Below, in pieces: positions 45,773 to 54,886 of a stretch of DNA of 64,000 bases; the first letter of the stretch is position 1, and each line of letters opens with the position of its first letter. The stretch is from Acidimicrobiales bacterium (GTDB lineage Bacteria; Actinomycetota; Acidimicrobiia; Acidimicrobiales; JACDCH01), in NCBI GenBank assembly GCA_036493595.1, contig DASXPN010000106.1, positions 11,662-75,661 of the forward strand. Reading direction: 5' to 3'. The translations under genes were made by a program, and so were the position numbers. A model generated the notes under the pieces. It was not told where the DNA came from. It did not search any database and saw only the letters and a program-made list of their open reading frames with translations.

Positions 45773-46528
45773 TCACCGGAACGAGCCGCGCGCCGCGGTG
45801 CTGCCTCCGTCGAGGGGCAGGACAATGCCGGTGATCCAGCGGCTCTCGCTCGATGCGAGATACACGGCGGCGTCGGCGACGTCACTCGCCTCACCGATGC
45901 CGAGGAGGTGCATGCCTTCGCGCCGAGCGCGCTCTTCGGGCGTGAGGTTCGCGTCGCGCCGCTCGTTGAACACATAGCCGGGGCTGATCGCGTTGCAGCG
46001 AACGTGGTGTGGCGCTTCGTCCACCGCGACGCTACGGGTCAACGCTTCGAGCGCACCCTTGGCGCTGGCGTACGCGGCGGAGCCGCGTGACGCGCGAGCG
46101 GCGGCTCGACTCGAGATGTTGACGATCGATCCGTGCCCACAGGAGCGCAGCCGTGGCAGCGCGGCGCGGCACATGCGGGCGGGCGCGAGCAGGTCGATGT
46201 CGAGGATCGTCCGCCATGCGCCGTCGTCGAGGTCGGCGACGGGACCGTCGCGTTGCGACACGGCGGCGTTGTTGACGAGAACGGTGAGCGCGCCGAACCG
46301 ATCGAGCGCGGCGGCGACGAGCCGATCGGGTGCCTCGGGGTCCGCGAGATCAGCACCCACGAACATCGCGTGCCGGCCACACGCGGCGACCACCTGTTGG
46401 CCACGCGTCTCGTCGCGGCCGGTCACGATCACGCCGGCTCCTTCCGCGGCAAAGCGGGTGGCGATGGCCTTGCCGATGCCGGACGTCGAACCCGTCACGA
46501 TCGCTACCTCGCCTTCGAGCCGCGCCAT
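45773..46528 (-). CDS. SDR family oxidoreductase
   Basis: TGSTSGIG, NNAA, YASAK. Confidence 0.93.
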   Translation of the reverse strand: MARLEGEVAIVTGSTSGIGKAIATRFAAEGAGVIVTGRDETRGQQVVAACGRHAMFVGADLADPEAPDRLVAAALDRFGALTVLVNNAAVSQRDGPVADLDDGAWRTILDIDLLAPARMCRAALPRLRSCGHGSIVNISSRAAARASRGSAAYASAKGALEALTRSVAVDEAPHHVRCNAISPGYVFNERRDANLTPEERARREGMHLLGIGEASDVADAAVYLASSESRWITGIVLPLDGGSTAARGSFR

Positions 46529-46537
46529 GGTTCGAAT

Positions 46538-46555
46538 CCTGACACGTGTGTCACA
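46538..46555. promoter_or_regulatory. TGAC-N6-GTCA operator CCTGACACGTGTGTCACA
   Basis: Fills most of the 35-bp gap between the divergent SDR and CruF-like genes. Confidence 0.78.
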
Positions 46556-46563
46556 CTTCTCGG

Positions 46564-47415
46564 ATGCTCCGGGAGGTCTGGGGGACCGTGGGCGGGCGGT
46601 GGTACGTGACGATCTTCGGCATCGTCTTCGTGTGGTGCGCCGTGCGCCAACTCGGATGGCGACGCACGCTCGTGTATGCGGTCGCGGCGGTCGCGATCGG
46701 AGGACTGGCGGAGAACGGGTCGGTCCATCTCGGCGTGCCGTACACCCGCTACGCGTTCAACAGTTCGCTGCGCGGCAAAGAACTGTTCCTCGGGGACGTG
46801 CCGCTGATGGTCCCGCTCAGCTACACGTTCATGGCGTACTTCGCGTTCGCAGCAGGCCGGCTGCTCGCGTCGGGCCCGTACCGGACGCGCGCCGTGCGTC
46901 CATGGCACGAGTGGCTGCTGGCCTTGATGCTGGCCGTGTGGGCGCTGTGGATCCTCGATCCGGTCTCGCGTCTCGGCGACCAGTTCTACCTCGGCGAGTT
47001 GTTCCACTATGCAGGCCCCGGCTTCTGGTTCGGACTCCCCTTCGGCAGCCAGCTCGGGTTCGCCGCGACTGCCGCGATACTGCTGGCGATCCTGTTCCGT
47101 CTCGATCGCGCCGCGCCCGACCTACCCGTCGAGAACCTGGCGCATCATCCGCACCTACCCGCGCTCCTCACGTACCACGGGCAGGTCTTCCACCTCGCGC
47201 TCGTCGCGTTCTGGCTCGGTGCGGACACCATCGGCGGTGCCGCGCTCCTCATCTGGGTGCCCGCCGCCTGCATCACCGCCGTCTACTGGAGCCGGCTACG
47301 GATCACCACGCCGTCCCGTAGCGATCACGGTGGGTCGATTCCGCAACCGGCCGGCGGCGAGGCGGCCCGAGGGGCCGCGCCGGCCGTCCGAGCGGCACGA
47401 TCGCCATCGGGATGA
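46564..47415 (+). CDS. Carotenoid biosynthesis protein-like membrane protein (DUF422/CruF family)
   Basis: E..S...GVPYT.Y.F, GDVPL.VP.SY..MAY, W.LDPV; about 7 TM segments. Confidence 0.65.
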   Translation: MLREVWGTVGGRWYVTIFGIVFVWCAVRQLGWRRTLVYAVAAVAIGGLAENGSVHLGVPYTRYAFNSSLRGKELFLGDVPLMVPLSYTFMAYFAFAAGRLLASGPYRTRAVRPWHEWLLALMLAVWALWILDPVSRLGDQFYLGELFHYAGPGFWFGLPFGSQLGFAATAAILLAILFRLDRAAPDLPVENLAHHPHLPALLTYHGQVFHLALVAFWLGADTIGGAALLIWVPAACITAVYWSRLRITTPSRSDHGGSIPQPAGGEAARGAAPAVRAARSPSG

Positions 47416-47902
47416 CGTGCTCGGGGAGCGCGAGGAGCGTGCGTAACTCGTCGCCGCCGTAGGTCGTGAGTGTGGTGAGCGCGGAGCCGTAGCCGAGAGC
47501 GTTGGCGGCGAGCAGCAGGTTCTGCACCGCGGGGAAGATGGACGAACCGAGCGTGGCCTTGTGCGCACCCGCCTCGGCGTCCGCGGCGACGACCACGAAG
47601 ACCGGCGCACCACCGAGCCCACGTGCAACCGCGTGATCGACCTCATTGAACAGGTGGGGTTCGTTGTGCGCGGCGGCGTAGTCGCGTCCGCCGCCTTCCC
47701 ACAGACGCTTGGTCAGATCGCTGAGCGCGGCGCGGGCTGCGTCATCGCGGACGACGACGAAGATCCACGGTTGAGTGTTCTCCGCGCTCGGCGCGTGGGT
47801 CGCCGCTTCGAGCATGCGTTCGATGTCCGCATCGGGGACGGGTTCGGCGCTGAAGTCTCGGCAGGCGCGCTGGCGGAGCACGACGTCGAAGAAGTCGCTC
47901 AC
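47303..47902 (-). CDS. Nitroreductase family protein
   Basis: RQRACRDF, APSAENTQPW.FVVV, AVQNLLLAA.ALGYGS. Confidence 0.92.
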   Translation of the reverse strand: MSDFFDVVLRQRACRDFSAEPVPDADIERMLEAATHAPSAENTQPWIFVVVRDDAARAALSDLTKRLWEGGGRDYAAAHNEPHLFNEVDHAVARGLGGAPVFVVVAADAEAGAHKATLGSSIFPAVQNLLLAANALGYGSALTTLTTYGGDELRTLLALPEHVIPMAIVPLGRPARPLGPPRRRPVAESTHRDRYGTAW

Positions 47903-48687
47903 GGCCGCCGTCCGCCGGGGTCGCCGGCGACAACCAGCCGGTAGCCGGCGTCCATCTCGTCGAGCGCGAGTAGGTGTCCATAGCGCTGTTGCCACGCGCC
48001 CGAGGCGAGATCGTCGGCCAGCCGCCGCGCGCCCGCGTCGGCCTCCTCGGGCGGCAGCAGCGCGAGGCCCGAGATGTTCGCGCGCACATCGGGGTCGAGA
48101 TAGCGCTCGGGCCGGCGCCAGTACGCGGCCATGAACCCGTCCTGACAGTCGTGGGGGACGGGGATGACCTCGACGTGATCGGTGCCGAGCGGGCCGGTGA
48201 CGGCGTCGATCGTCGCGATCCAGTCGCCGTCGTGCTGTTCGGTGACCGGCCAGTAGTCGTTGAGCCAGTAGGCCCGTTCCATCGAGTGGTCGAATGTCAG
48301 CACGACCTGGCGGCGGGCGACCCGCTGCAGCTCCGCGAGGCCGGCGCGCTGGTCCGTCCAGTGATGGACGGTGAAGATCGCCAGCGCCGCGTCAAAGGTG
48401 CCGTTCGCGAACGGAAGGTGCTCTGCGACAGCGCGCACGCGACAGCGACCTCGATGCTGATCGAGCATCACCGCGCTGGGGTCGATGGCGACCACCGTGC
48501 CGTCGTCGGGCTCGTAGCTGCCGGCGCCGGCGCCGACATCGACGACGGTACGAGCGTCGCCGAGCGCGGCGCGGATCTGGGCGGCGATGCGCGGATCAGG
48601 ACGGCGGTGCCGCGTGTAGTCCACGCCGATCGTGTCGTAGCGGGCGGAGATGCGGCGAACGTACCCCAGTCGCCATCCAGCGGTCAT
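47899..48687 (-). CDS. Class I SAM-dependent methyltransferase
   Basis: VVDVGAGAGSY, AIDPS..M, AE.LPF..GTFDA, VHHW. Confidence 0.9.
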   Translation of the reverse strand: MTAGWRLGYVRRISARYDTIGVDYTRHRRPDPRIAAQIRAALGDARTVVDVGAGAGSYEPDDGTVVAIDPSAVMLDQHRGRCRVRAVAEHLPFANGTFDAALAIFTVHHWTDQRAGLAELQRVARRQVVLTFDHSMERAYWLNDYWPVTEQHDGDWIATIDAVTGPLGTDHVEVIPVPHDCQDGFMAAYWRRPERYLDPDVRANISGLALLPPEEADAGARRLADDLASGAWQQRYGHLLALDEMDAGYRLVVAGDPGGRRP

Positions 48688-48719
48688 CGCCTTCGGAACG
48701 GTCAGGTAGCTTCGCCGCC

Positions 48720-49883
48720 ATGCCTGTGGATGCCGCTCTCGCCGACGAGCTCGTCGGCACTGTCCGCGACTGGGTGCGCAAGGACGTCATCCCGCACGCA
48801 TCCGAGTACGAGCACGCCGACCGCTATCCCGAGCCGATGGTCGAGCAGATGAAGGCGTTCGGCATCTTCGGCGCCCGGATCCCTGAGGAGTTCGGCGGCC
48901 TCGAGCTCGACGTGCTCACGTACGCGCGGCTGATGGAGGAGCTGTCGTACGGATGGATGTCGCTGGCCGGCGTGCTCAACACGCACACGATCGCCGCCAA
49001 CCTCATCGAGCGTTTCGGCACCGATGCGCAGCGCAAGGAGCTGCTACCGAAAATGGCGACGGGCGAGGTGCGGGCCGCATTCTCGCTGTCCGAGCCCGAC
49101 GCCGGCAGCGACACGCAGGCGATCCGGTGCAAGGCGACGCCGGACGGTGACGAGTACGTCCTGAACGGCACGAAGATGTGGGTGACCAACGGCGAGCGCG
49201 CCGGGATCGTGGCGCTGGCGGCGAAGACGCCGGAGGGCATCACGTGCTTCTTGGTGCAGAAGGATCCGGGCCCGTCGTTCGGCGGCATCTCCGTGTCGGC
49301 CACCATCGACAAGCTCGGGTACAAGGGCATCGAGACGGTTGAGATGACGTATGCCGGACACCGCGTGCCGCGCTCGTCGGTACTCGGCGGCGACGAAGGA
49401 CTCGGGCAGGGTCTGCACTACATCCTCGGCTCGCTCGAGCTCGGCCGCATCAACATCGCCGCTCGCGCCGTCGGAGTCGCTCGCGCATCGTTCGACGCGG
49501 CGATGAAGTATTCGCACGAGCGCGAGACGTTCGGTGTGCCGATTCACAAGCACCAGGCGATCCAGTTCAAGCTGGCCGACATGGCGACCAAGCTCGAGGC
49601 CGCCCGATTGCTCGTGAAGTCCGCCGCCGAGAAGTTCGAGCGAGGCGAACGGGCCGATGTCGAGGCCGGCATGGCGAAGCTGTTCTGCTCCGAGACCGCA
49701 TTCGAGCTCGCCACCGAGGCGATGCGCATCCACGGCGGTTACGGGTACACGAAGGAGTTCCCGGTCGAGCGCTACTACCGCGACGCACCGCTGATGATCA
49801 TCGGCGAGGGGACCAACGAGATCCAACGCATCGTGATTGCCCGCGGCCTGCTCGCCCGCTGGGCCGCCGACCACCCGTCCTAG
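48720..49883 (+). CDS. Acyl-CoA dehydrogenase (canonical homotetramer type)
   Basis: FSLSEPDAGSD, NGTKMWVTNG, RETFG.PI..HQ, IHGGYGY, IGEGTNEIQR; -10 TAGCTT 7 nt before the ATG. Confidence 0.95.
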   Translation: MPVDAALADELVGTVRDWVRKDVIPHASEYEHADRYPEPMVEQMKAFGIFGARIPEEFGGLELDVLTYARLMEELSYGWMSLAGVLNTHTIAANLIERFGTDAQRKELLPKMATGEVRAAFSLSEPDAGSDTQAIRCKATPDGDEYVLNGTKMWVTNGERAGIVALAAKTPEGITCFLVQKDPGPSFGGISVSATIDKLGYKGIETVEMTYAGHRVPRSSVLGGDEGLGQGLHYILGSLELGRINIAARAVGVARASFDAAMKYSHERETFGVPIHKHQAIQFKLADMATKLEAARLLVKSAAEKFERGERADVEAGMAKLFCSETAFELATEAMRIHGGYGYTKEFPVERYYRDAPLMIIGEGTNEIQRIVIARGLLARWAADHPS

Positions 49884-49914
49884 ACGCTCGATCGGGCACC
49901 GGCGCGAAGCGGAC

Positions 49915-50391
49915 CTACGACGGTGGCGGCGCCGCGTACTCGAAGTGTTGGACTTCGACCATCAGCGGGAGCTTGTAGCGGACGTAGAAGCTGTGGAGCT
50001 TCAGGACGTCGTAGTGGTTCTCGACTTCGGCGGGGACGACATCGACTTCGGAGTCGGACGCGGCCTTGGCTTGTACGCGGCGGTACAGGTCTTCGAACTC
50101 GACGAGGGTGCCGACGGACATGCCGAAGTGGTCCATGCGCGGGCACGACATGGGGGAGTCGTCGGCGATGAGGAACACGAACTGCTCGTCGGAGTGCACT
50201 CGTAGCACGAGCCTCCGCTGGTCCTGGGTGAGGATGTCGTACTCCTTCCAGCCGAACACGTCCTCGTAGAACGACGTGATCGCGGCGCGGCCTTCTTCAC
50301 CGAGAGCCTCGGACGGCATGGACATCGCGACGTGGTTGAGTCGCGGGTTGCGCGGCCGCGGCTTGGGCTCGGGCCCCGGTTGCGTGCTCAT
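49915..50391 (-). CDS. VOC/glyoxalase-like protein
   Basis: LNHVAMS, FYEDVFGW, DHFGMSV, SFYVRY..PLMVEVQ. Confidence 0.75.
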   Translation of the reverse strand: MSTQPGPEPKPRPRNPRLNHVAMSMPSEALGEEGRAAITSFYEDVFGWKEYDILTQDQRRLVLRVHSDEQFVFLIADDSPMSCPRMDHFGMSVGTLVEFEDLYRRVQAKAASDSEVDVVPAEVENHYDVLKLHSFYVRYKLPLMVEVQHFEYAAPPPS

Positions 50392-51449
50392 GACGCGGCG
50401 CCCGGAGCGATCATGACCTTGGCGGCGATCTGTCCGCCGGCGAGGCCGTTCATGGCGTCGAGGGTGCCGGCGAGCGGCACGTCGTTCGGGTCGATCAACT
50501 CGGCGAGCGGCATGCGGCCCGATGCCAGCAGCTCCAACGCCCGCTCGAAGCCGTCCGCGTCGTAACAGAACGCACCGGTCACGATCAGCTCGTTGAGCAG
50601 GATGCGGTTCGGGTCGAACTTCGGTGCCGCCATGCCTGCGCCGACCAACACCAACGTGCCCCGCCGCTTCAACTGCGCGAGCCCGGCTTCCATCGCCGGC
50701 CCATGGCCCGAACACTCGAGCACGACGTCGACGGCGTCGTCGACGACCTTTCCGGGATCGAACGGCCCTGGCGCCTCCAGCGCGTCAGGCGCCACGACGA
50801 CCCGCGCGCCCACGCTCCGGGCGAGCTCCTGGCGCACGAGGGACGGCTCGCTGACCTTGATGTCGTCGACATCCATCGCCCGCAACGCCGCGATGGTCAG
50901 CGCACCGATCGGGCCGGCACCGAGGACGAGCGCGCGCTGCCCCGCGCGCACACCCGAGTTGGTGATGCCGTGAAGTGCCACCGCGAGCGGCTCGGCCAGC
51001 GCGGCCTGCCGCAACGTCAAACCGTCCGGCACCTGCAGCAACTCGTGCTCGTCCACCTTCGTGTACCGAGCGAACGCGCCCTGCCACTCACCACCGGTGC
51101 CCGGGGTGTCGCGGTCGCTGCACAAGGTCGGATGGCCGCTGCGGCACATCTCACACTTGCCGCACCGTGGCGTCGGGCCGCCGATCACCGCGTCGCCGAC
51201 CGACCAGCGAGTCACGGTCGAGCCGACGTCCACGACGACCCCGCTCCATTCATGGCCGCCGATCGAACCCCGCCGTCCCCAACCGTCGAGGACGAGATGA
51301 AGGTCGCTGCCGCACACGCCGCAGTGGCTGACCTCGATCAGCACGTCGTGCTCGCCGACCGACGGCACCGCGACCTCTTCGACGACGAGCTCGCCCTTGC
51401 CCCGCAGGACGGCCGCAGGCATCTTCTCGGGCATGGCCGCTCGCGTCAT
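50388..51449 (-). CDS. Zn-dependent alcohol dehydrogenase (MDR family)
   Basis: CGVCGSD, GHE, CGKCEMC...C, GAGPIG. Confidence 0.92.
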   Translation of the reverse strand: MTRAAMPEKMPAAVLRGKGELVVEEVAVPSVGEHDVLIEVSHCGVCGSDLHLVLDGWGRRGSIGGHEWSGVVVDVGSTVTRWSVGDAVIGGPTPRCGKCEMCRSGHPTLCSDRDTPGTGGEWQGAFARYTKVDEHELLQVPDGLTLRQAALAEPLAVALHGITNSGVRAGQRALVLGAGPIGALTIAALRAMDVDDIKVSEPSLVRQELARSVGARVVVAPDALEAPGPFDPGKVVDDAVDVVLECSGHGPAMEAGLAQLKRRGTLVLVGAGMAAPKFDPNRILLNELIVTGAFCYDADGFERALELLASGRMPLAELIDPNDVPLAGTLDAMNGLAGGQIAAKVMIAPGAAS

Positions 51450-52003
51450 GTGGGGGCTCCTGATGCCGGTGTCTCTGATGCCGGCGCTCCGGCTTGCGGT
51501 CCGGCTTGCGTCGGGCTCGCCTCGCGGTCGATCAAGTCGGCCCGGTAGTCGGGATGTTCGGTGAGCCATTGCGAAGCTCGTCGCATCGAGTCCTCGTTGT
51601 TCTTGTTGATGAACTTGTAGATCGGGCCCTCGAACCACTTCCACGGGATCTTCGTGAGGTTGTAACGCTCCTCGAAGGAGAACCGGGTGCGGTTCGGGCC
51701 GAGGCGCTCGAGCCGCACCTTGCCTGTCTGATCCTGCCCGGGCTCGCGGCTGAGCATCGTGTACGTGTAGCCGTGGTTGGCATCGACGGTGGTGACGAGC
51801 TCGAGGGCGGCGCCCTTCCGGCCGAACGGCATCTTGTAGATCACCCGCCGCAGCAACCCGTTTCCTTCGGCGTCACCGGGATGCACCACTTGCACCTCGA
51901 CGACCATCGGGGCGTAGTCGGTCCATCGGTCGTAGTCCTGGAAGAGCGCCCACAGGCGCTCCGGCGAGTGCGGCATCTCGATCGAGTATCTGTGTTCCCG
52001 CAT
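51446..52003 (-). CDS. SRPBCC/START-fold protein
   Basis: SPERLWALFQDYDRW..Y, G.LRRV, YTYTM, beta-rich core; -10 TACGAT 7 nt before ATG 52003. Confidence 0.8.
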   Translation of the reverse strand: MREHRYSIEMPHSPERLWALFQDYDRWTDYAPMVVEVQVVHPGDAEGNGLLRRVIYKMPFGRKGAALELVTTVDANHGYTYTMLSREPGQDQTGKVRLERLGPNRTRFSFEERYNLTKIPWKWFEGPIYKFINKNNEDSMRRASQWLTEHPDYRADLIDREASPTQAGPQAGAPASETPASGAPT

Positions 52004-52016
52004 GCGCCGGATCGTA

Positions 52017-52034
52017 CCTGACACGTGTGTCAGT
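52017..52034. promoter_or_regulatory. TGAC-N6-GTCA operator CCTGACACGTGTGTCAGT
   Basis: Divergent SRPBCC / acyl-CoA ligase promoter; abuts the -10. Confidence 0.8.
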
Positions 52035-52051
52035 ATCCGGGGGTGGAGGGG

Positions 52052-53569
52052 ATGGCGCAGCACGCCCGGTCGACACCTGACAAGGCGGCGCTCGTCGTCG
52101 GTGAAGAGTCCCGCACCTACGGCGAGCTCGCGGCCCGCAGCGCCCGGCTGGCCGCGGCGATGCACGACCGAGGCGTCCCCCACGACGGCACGGGCGCGGT
52201 CGCGGCGATGCTGCCCAACGGGTGCGAGTTCTTCGAGACCGCCGGGGCCGCCTGCCGCGCCGAAGCCCGTTTCCTGCCGATCAACTGGCACCTCAAGACC
52301 GACGAGCTGTCGTGGATCCTCGAGGACTCCGGCGCCCAAGTGCTCGTCGCTCATCACACCCTTCGTGCGTACGTCGATGCCGCGCTCGCTCGAGCCACGA
52401 GCTGCCGAGCCCTGATCGTCGGCGAGGACTACGAAGACGCGATCGCCGGCGCCGATCCCGTCGCCGACGATGGGTTCCTGTCGCCCGCGTTCATCTTCTA
52501 CACGTCCGGTACGACCGGGCGGCCGAAGGGAGTCGTCCACGGCGGCATCACTCCTGACGCGATGGCGACGGCGCAGCGCGGTCTCGCCGCGTTGTGGGGC
52601 TATCGAGACGACGACGTCCACCTGCTCGCCGGCCCCGCGTACCACGCCGGCCCGGGGGGCTACTCGTTCACGACACTGTTCACCGGCGGGACCCTCGTGA
52701 TCATGCCGACGTGGGAAGCGCGAGATGCGCTCGCCACGATCGAGCGCCATCGCGTCACCACGACCTTCCTCACTCCCGCGCACTTCATCCGCATCCTCGA
52801 AGTGCCCGAAGCGGAGCGCGCCCGGTACGACTTGTCGAGCCTTCGCCACATCATCCACGGTGGCGCGCCGTGCCCGCCCACGGTGAAGCGGCGCATCATC
52901 GAGGCACTGCCCGACGCCGAGGTGTGGGAGCTCTATGGCGCGAGCGAAGGGGGAGCGACGCGCGTGTCGCCGACCGACTGGCTCGCGCATCCGGGCACGG
53001 TCGGCTTGCCGTGGCCCGGGGTCGAGATCCTCGTGCTCGACCCGGACGGCCGCCCCGTGCCGGCCGGCAACGACGGCGTCATCTACATCAAGCCGCCGGG
53101 CGGTGGTGCGACGTTCCATTACCACCGCGACGCGGCGAAGACCGCGTCGGCATGGCGCGACAACGCCTTCACCGTCGGTGACATCGGCCGGCTGGACGAC
53201 GGCGGCTTCCTGTACATCACCGATCGAGTGTCCGACATGGTCATCCGCGACGGCGTCAATGTGTACCCGCGCGAGATCGAGGACGTCCTCCATCTGCACC
53301 CCGCGGTCGTCGACTGCGCGGTGTTCGGTGTCACCGACGAGCGGCGGGGCGAGATCCTCGCCGCGGTCATCGAGACGAGGGCAGCGGTGTCGCAAGCCGA
53401 CCTGGCCGGCCACGTGCGCGCCAACCTCGCCGACTTCAAGTGCCCGGAGCGGTTCACCTTCGTGGACGCAGTGCCCCGCGACCCGAACGGAAAGGTCCTC
53501 AAGCGGTTGTTGCGTGAGTCCGCACGCAATGACCTGGACCCAACTCGACAACGGACGTCAGTAACCTGA
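52052..53569 (+). CDS. AMP-binding acyl-CoA synthetase
   Basis: YTSGTTGRPKG, ELYGASEG, GDIG, DRVSDM...GVNVYPREIE, PNGKVLKR. Confidence 0.93.
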   Translation: MAQHARSTPDKAALVVGEESRTYGELAARSARLAAAMHDRGVPHDGTGAVAAMLPNGCEFFETAGAACRAEARFLPINWHLKTDELSWILEDSGAQVLVAHHTLRAYVDAALARATSCRALIVGEDYEDAIAGADPVADDGFLSPAFIFYTSGTTGRPKGVVHGGITPDAMATAQRGLAALWGYRDDDVHLLAGPAYHAGPGGYSFTTLFTGGTLVIMPTWEARDALATIERHRVTTTFLTPAHFIRILEVPEAERARYDLSSLRHIIHGGAPCPPTVKRRIIEALPDAEVWELYGASEGGATRVSPTDWLAHPGTVGLPWPGVEILVLDPDGRPVPAGNDGVIYIKPPGGGATFHYHRDAAKTASAWRDNAFTVGDIGRLDDGGFLYITDRVSDMVIRDGVNVYPREIEDVLHLHPAVVDCAVFGVTDERRGEILAAVIETRAAVSQADLAGHVRANLADFKCPERFTFVDAVPRDPNGKVLKRLLRESARNDLDPTRQRTSVT

Positions 53570-53582
53570 CCGAACGGTCACG
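53565..53582. promoter_or_regulatory. TGAC-N6-GTCA operator CCTGACCGAACGGTCACG
   Basis: Overlaps the ligase stop, 16 bp upstream of the ABC binding-protein start. Confidence 0.65.
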
Positions 53583-53598
53583 GCTCCGGGGGGATGCC

Positions 53599-54882
53599 AT
53601 GAGGGGTCGGACACACGCAGCGCTGATCTTGATGACGATGGCCCTGATCGTCGCGGCCTGCGGCAATTCGAAGAGCTCGAGCGGCAGCGGCGCGGGGCAA
53701 TCGGGCCGCACCGGTGTGACCGCCACCGAGATCCGCGTGGGTGGCGTGGCGTCGGTGACCAATGGTCTCGGCGGCACCTACGGCGACAGCTTCGACGGGT
53801 TGCAGGCCTACTTCGACACGGTCAACGCGACCGGTGGCGTGTTCGGGCGCCAGCTGAAGCTCGTCTCTCAGCGCGACGACAACGGTCAGGCGTCGCGCAA
53901 CAAGGACCAAGTCCGAGCGCTCGTCGAGCAAGATCAGGTGTTCGCCGTGTTGCCGGTGTCGACGCTCACGTTCTCGGGCGCGAAGTACCTCGTCGACAAC
54001 AAGATCCCTACCTTCGGTTGGAACATCAACGCCGAGTGGAACGAGGGCCCGAACCTCTTCGGCGAGAAGGGATCGAACCTCTGCTTCGACTGCCCCAACG
54101 CGTGGCTGTCGTACCTCGCCAAGCAGACCGGCTTCTCCAACGTCGGCATCCTGACGTACACGGCCGCGCAATCACAGGATTGTGCGAAGGGTTGGAAGGC
54201 GTCGATCGACCAGATCGGCACACCGAAGGCCGGCCTCCAGTTGAAGTTCGAGGACACCAGCCTGAGCTTCGGGTTCACCCCCGGTGACATCGCCGCCGAC
54301 CTCGACCAGATCAAGAACAACAATGTGCAGTTCCTCGCAACATGCATCGACGGCGCGGGCAGCGCGAAGTTGGGCCAGTCCTTCAAGGACAACAACCTGC
54401 CGGTCGTGCAGTACCTGCCGAACGGCTACGACAACAAGCTCATCAGTGACAACGCCGCGGTCCTCGAAGGCGACTACGTCACCGTCGGGTTCTTCCCCTT
54501 CGAAGCGGACCAGAAGCCCGCGGCGCTCCAGCAGTTCCTCGACGCGATGGCGAAGCGAGGCAAGGCGCCGAACGAGAACTCGCTGTCGGGTTGGCTCAAC
54601 GGCATGCAGTTCGTGCAGGGCCTGAAGGACGCCGGCCCCGACTTCGACCGCCAGAAGCTCATCGACGCGATCAACAAGGAGACGAACTTCACCGCGGACG
54701 GCATCCGTCCGGACGGGATCGACTGGACGAGCACGGGCCATACGGGCCACTCGACGACGGATTGCGTCGCCGTCCTTCAAGTCCAGGGCGGCAAGCTCGT
54801 GCCCAAGTTCGGCCAGCCCGGTAAGCCGATGATCTGCTTCGACCTGAACAACGTCGACCTGGACAACCCCACCTTCAAGTAG
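53599..54882 (+). CDS. ABC transporter substrate-binding lipoprotein (LivK/HAAT-type)
   Basis: Lipobox IVAAC, TGVTATEIRVG, VN..GGV.GR.L. Confidence 0.9.
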   Translation: MRGRTHAALILMTMALIVAACGNSKSSSGSGAGQSGRTGVTATEIRVGGVASVTNGLGGTYGDSFDGLQAYFDTVNATGGVFGRQLKLVSQRDDNGQASRNKDQVRALVEQDQVFAVLPVSTLTFSGAKYLVDNKIPTFGWNINAEWNEGPNLFGEKGSNLCFDCPNAWLSYLAKQTGFSNVGILTYTAAQSQDCAKGWKASIDQIGTPKAGLQLKFEDTSLSFGFTPGDIAADLDQIKNNNVQFLATCIDGAGSAKLGQSFKDNNLPVVQYLPNGYDNKLISDNAAVLEGDYVTVGFFPFEADQKPAALQQFLDAMAKRGKAPNENSLSGWLNGMQFVQGLKDAGPDFDRQKLIDAINKETNFTADGIRPDGIDWTSTGHTGHSTTDCVAVLQVQGGKLVPKFGQPGKPMICFDLNNVDLDNPTFK

Positions 54883-54886
54883 TGCG

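Noticed and set aside
48691-48712. Fifteenth full operator site
   Set aside because: Only the right half (GTCAGG) is present and the left arm reads CTTC; it is counted as a half-site next to a -10.
51446-53551. 701-aa minus-strand ORF as a single protein
   Set aside because: Only the last 185 aa (from ATG 52003) look like a real SRPBCC protein; the rest is antisense to the acyl-CoA ligase and crosses the operator and -10.
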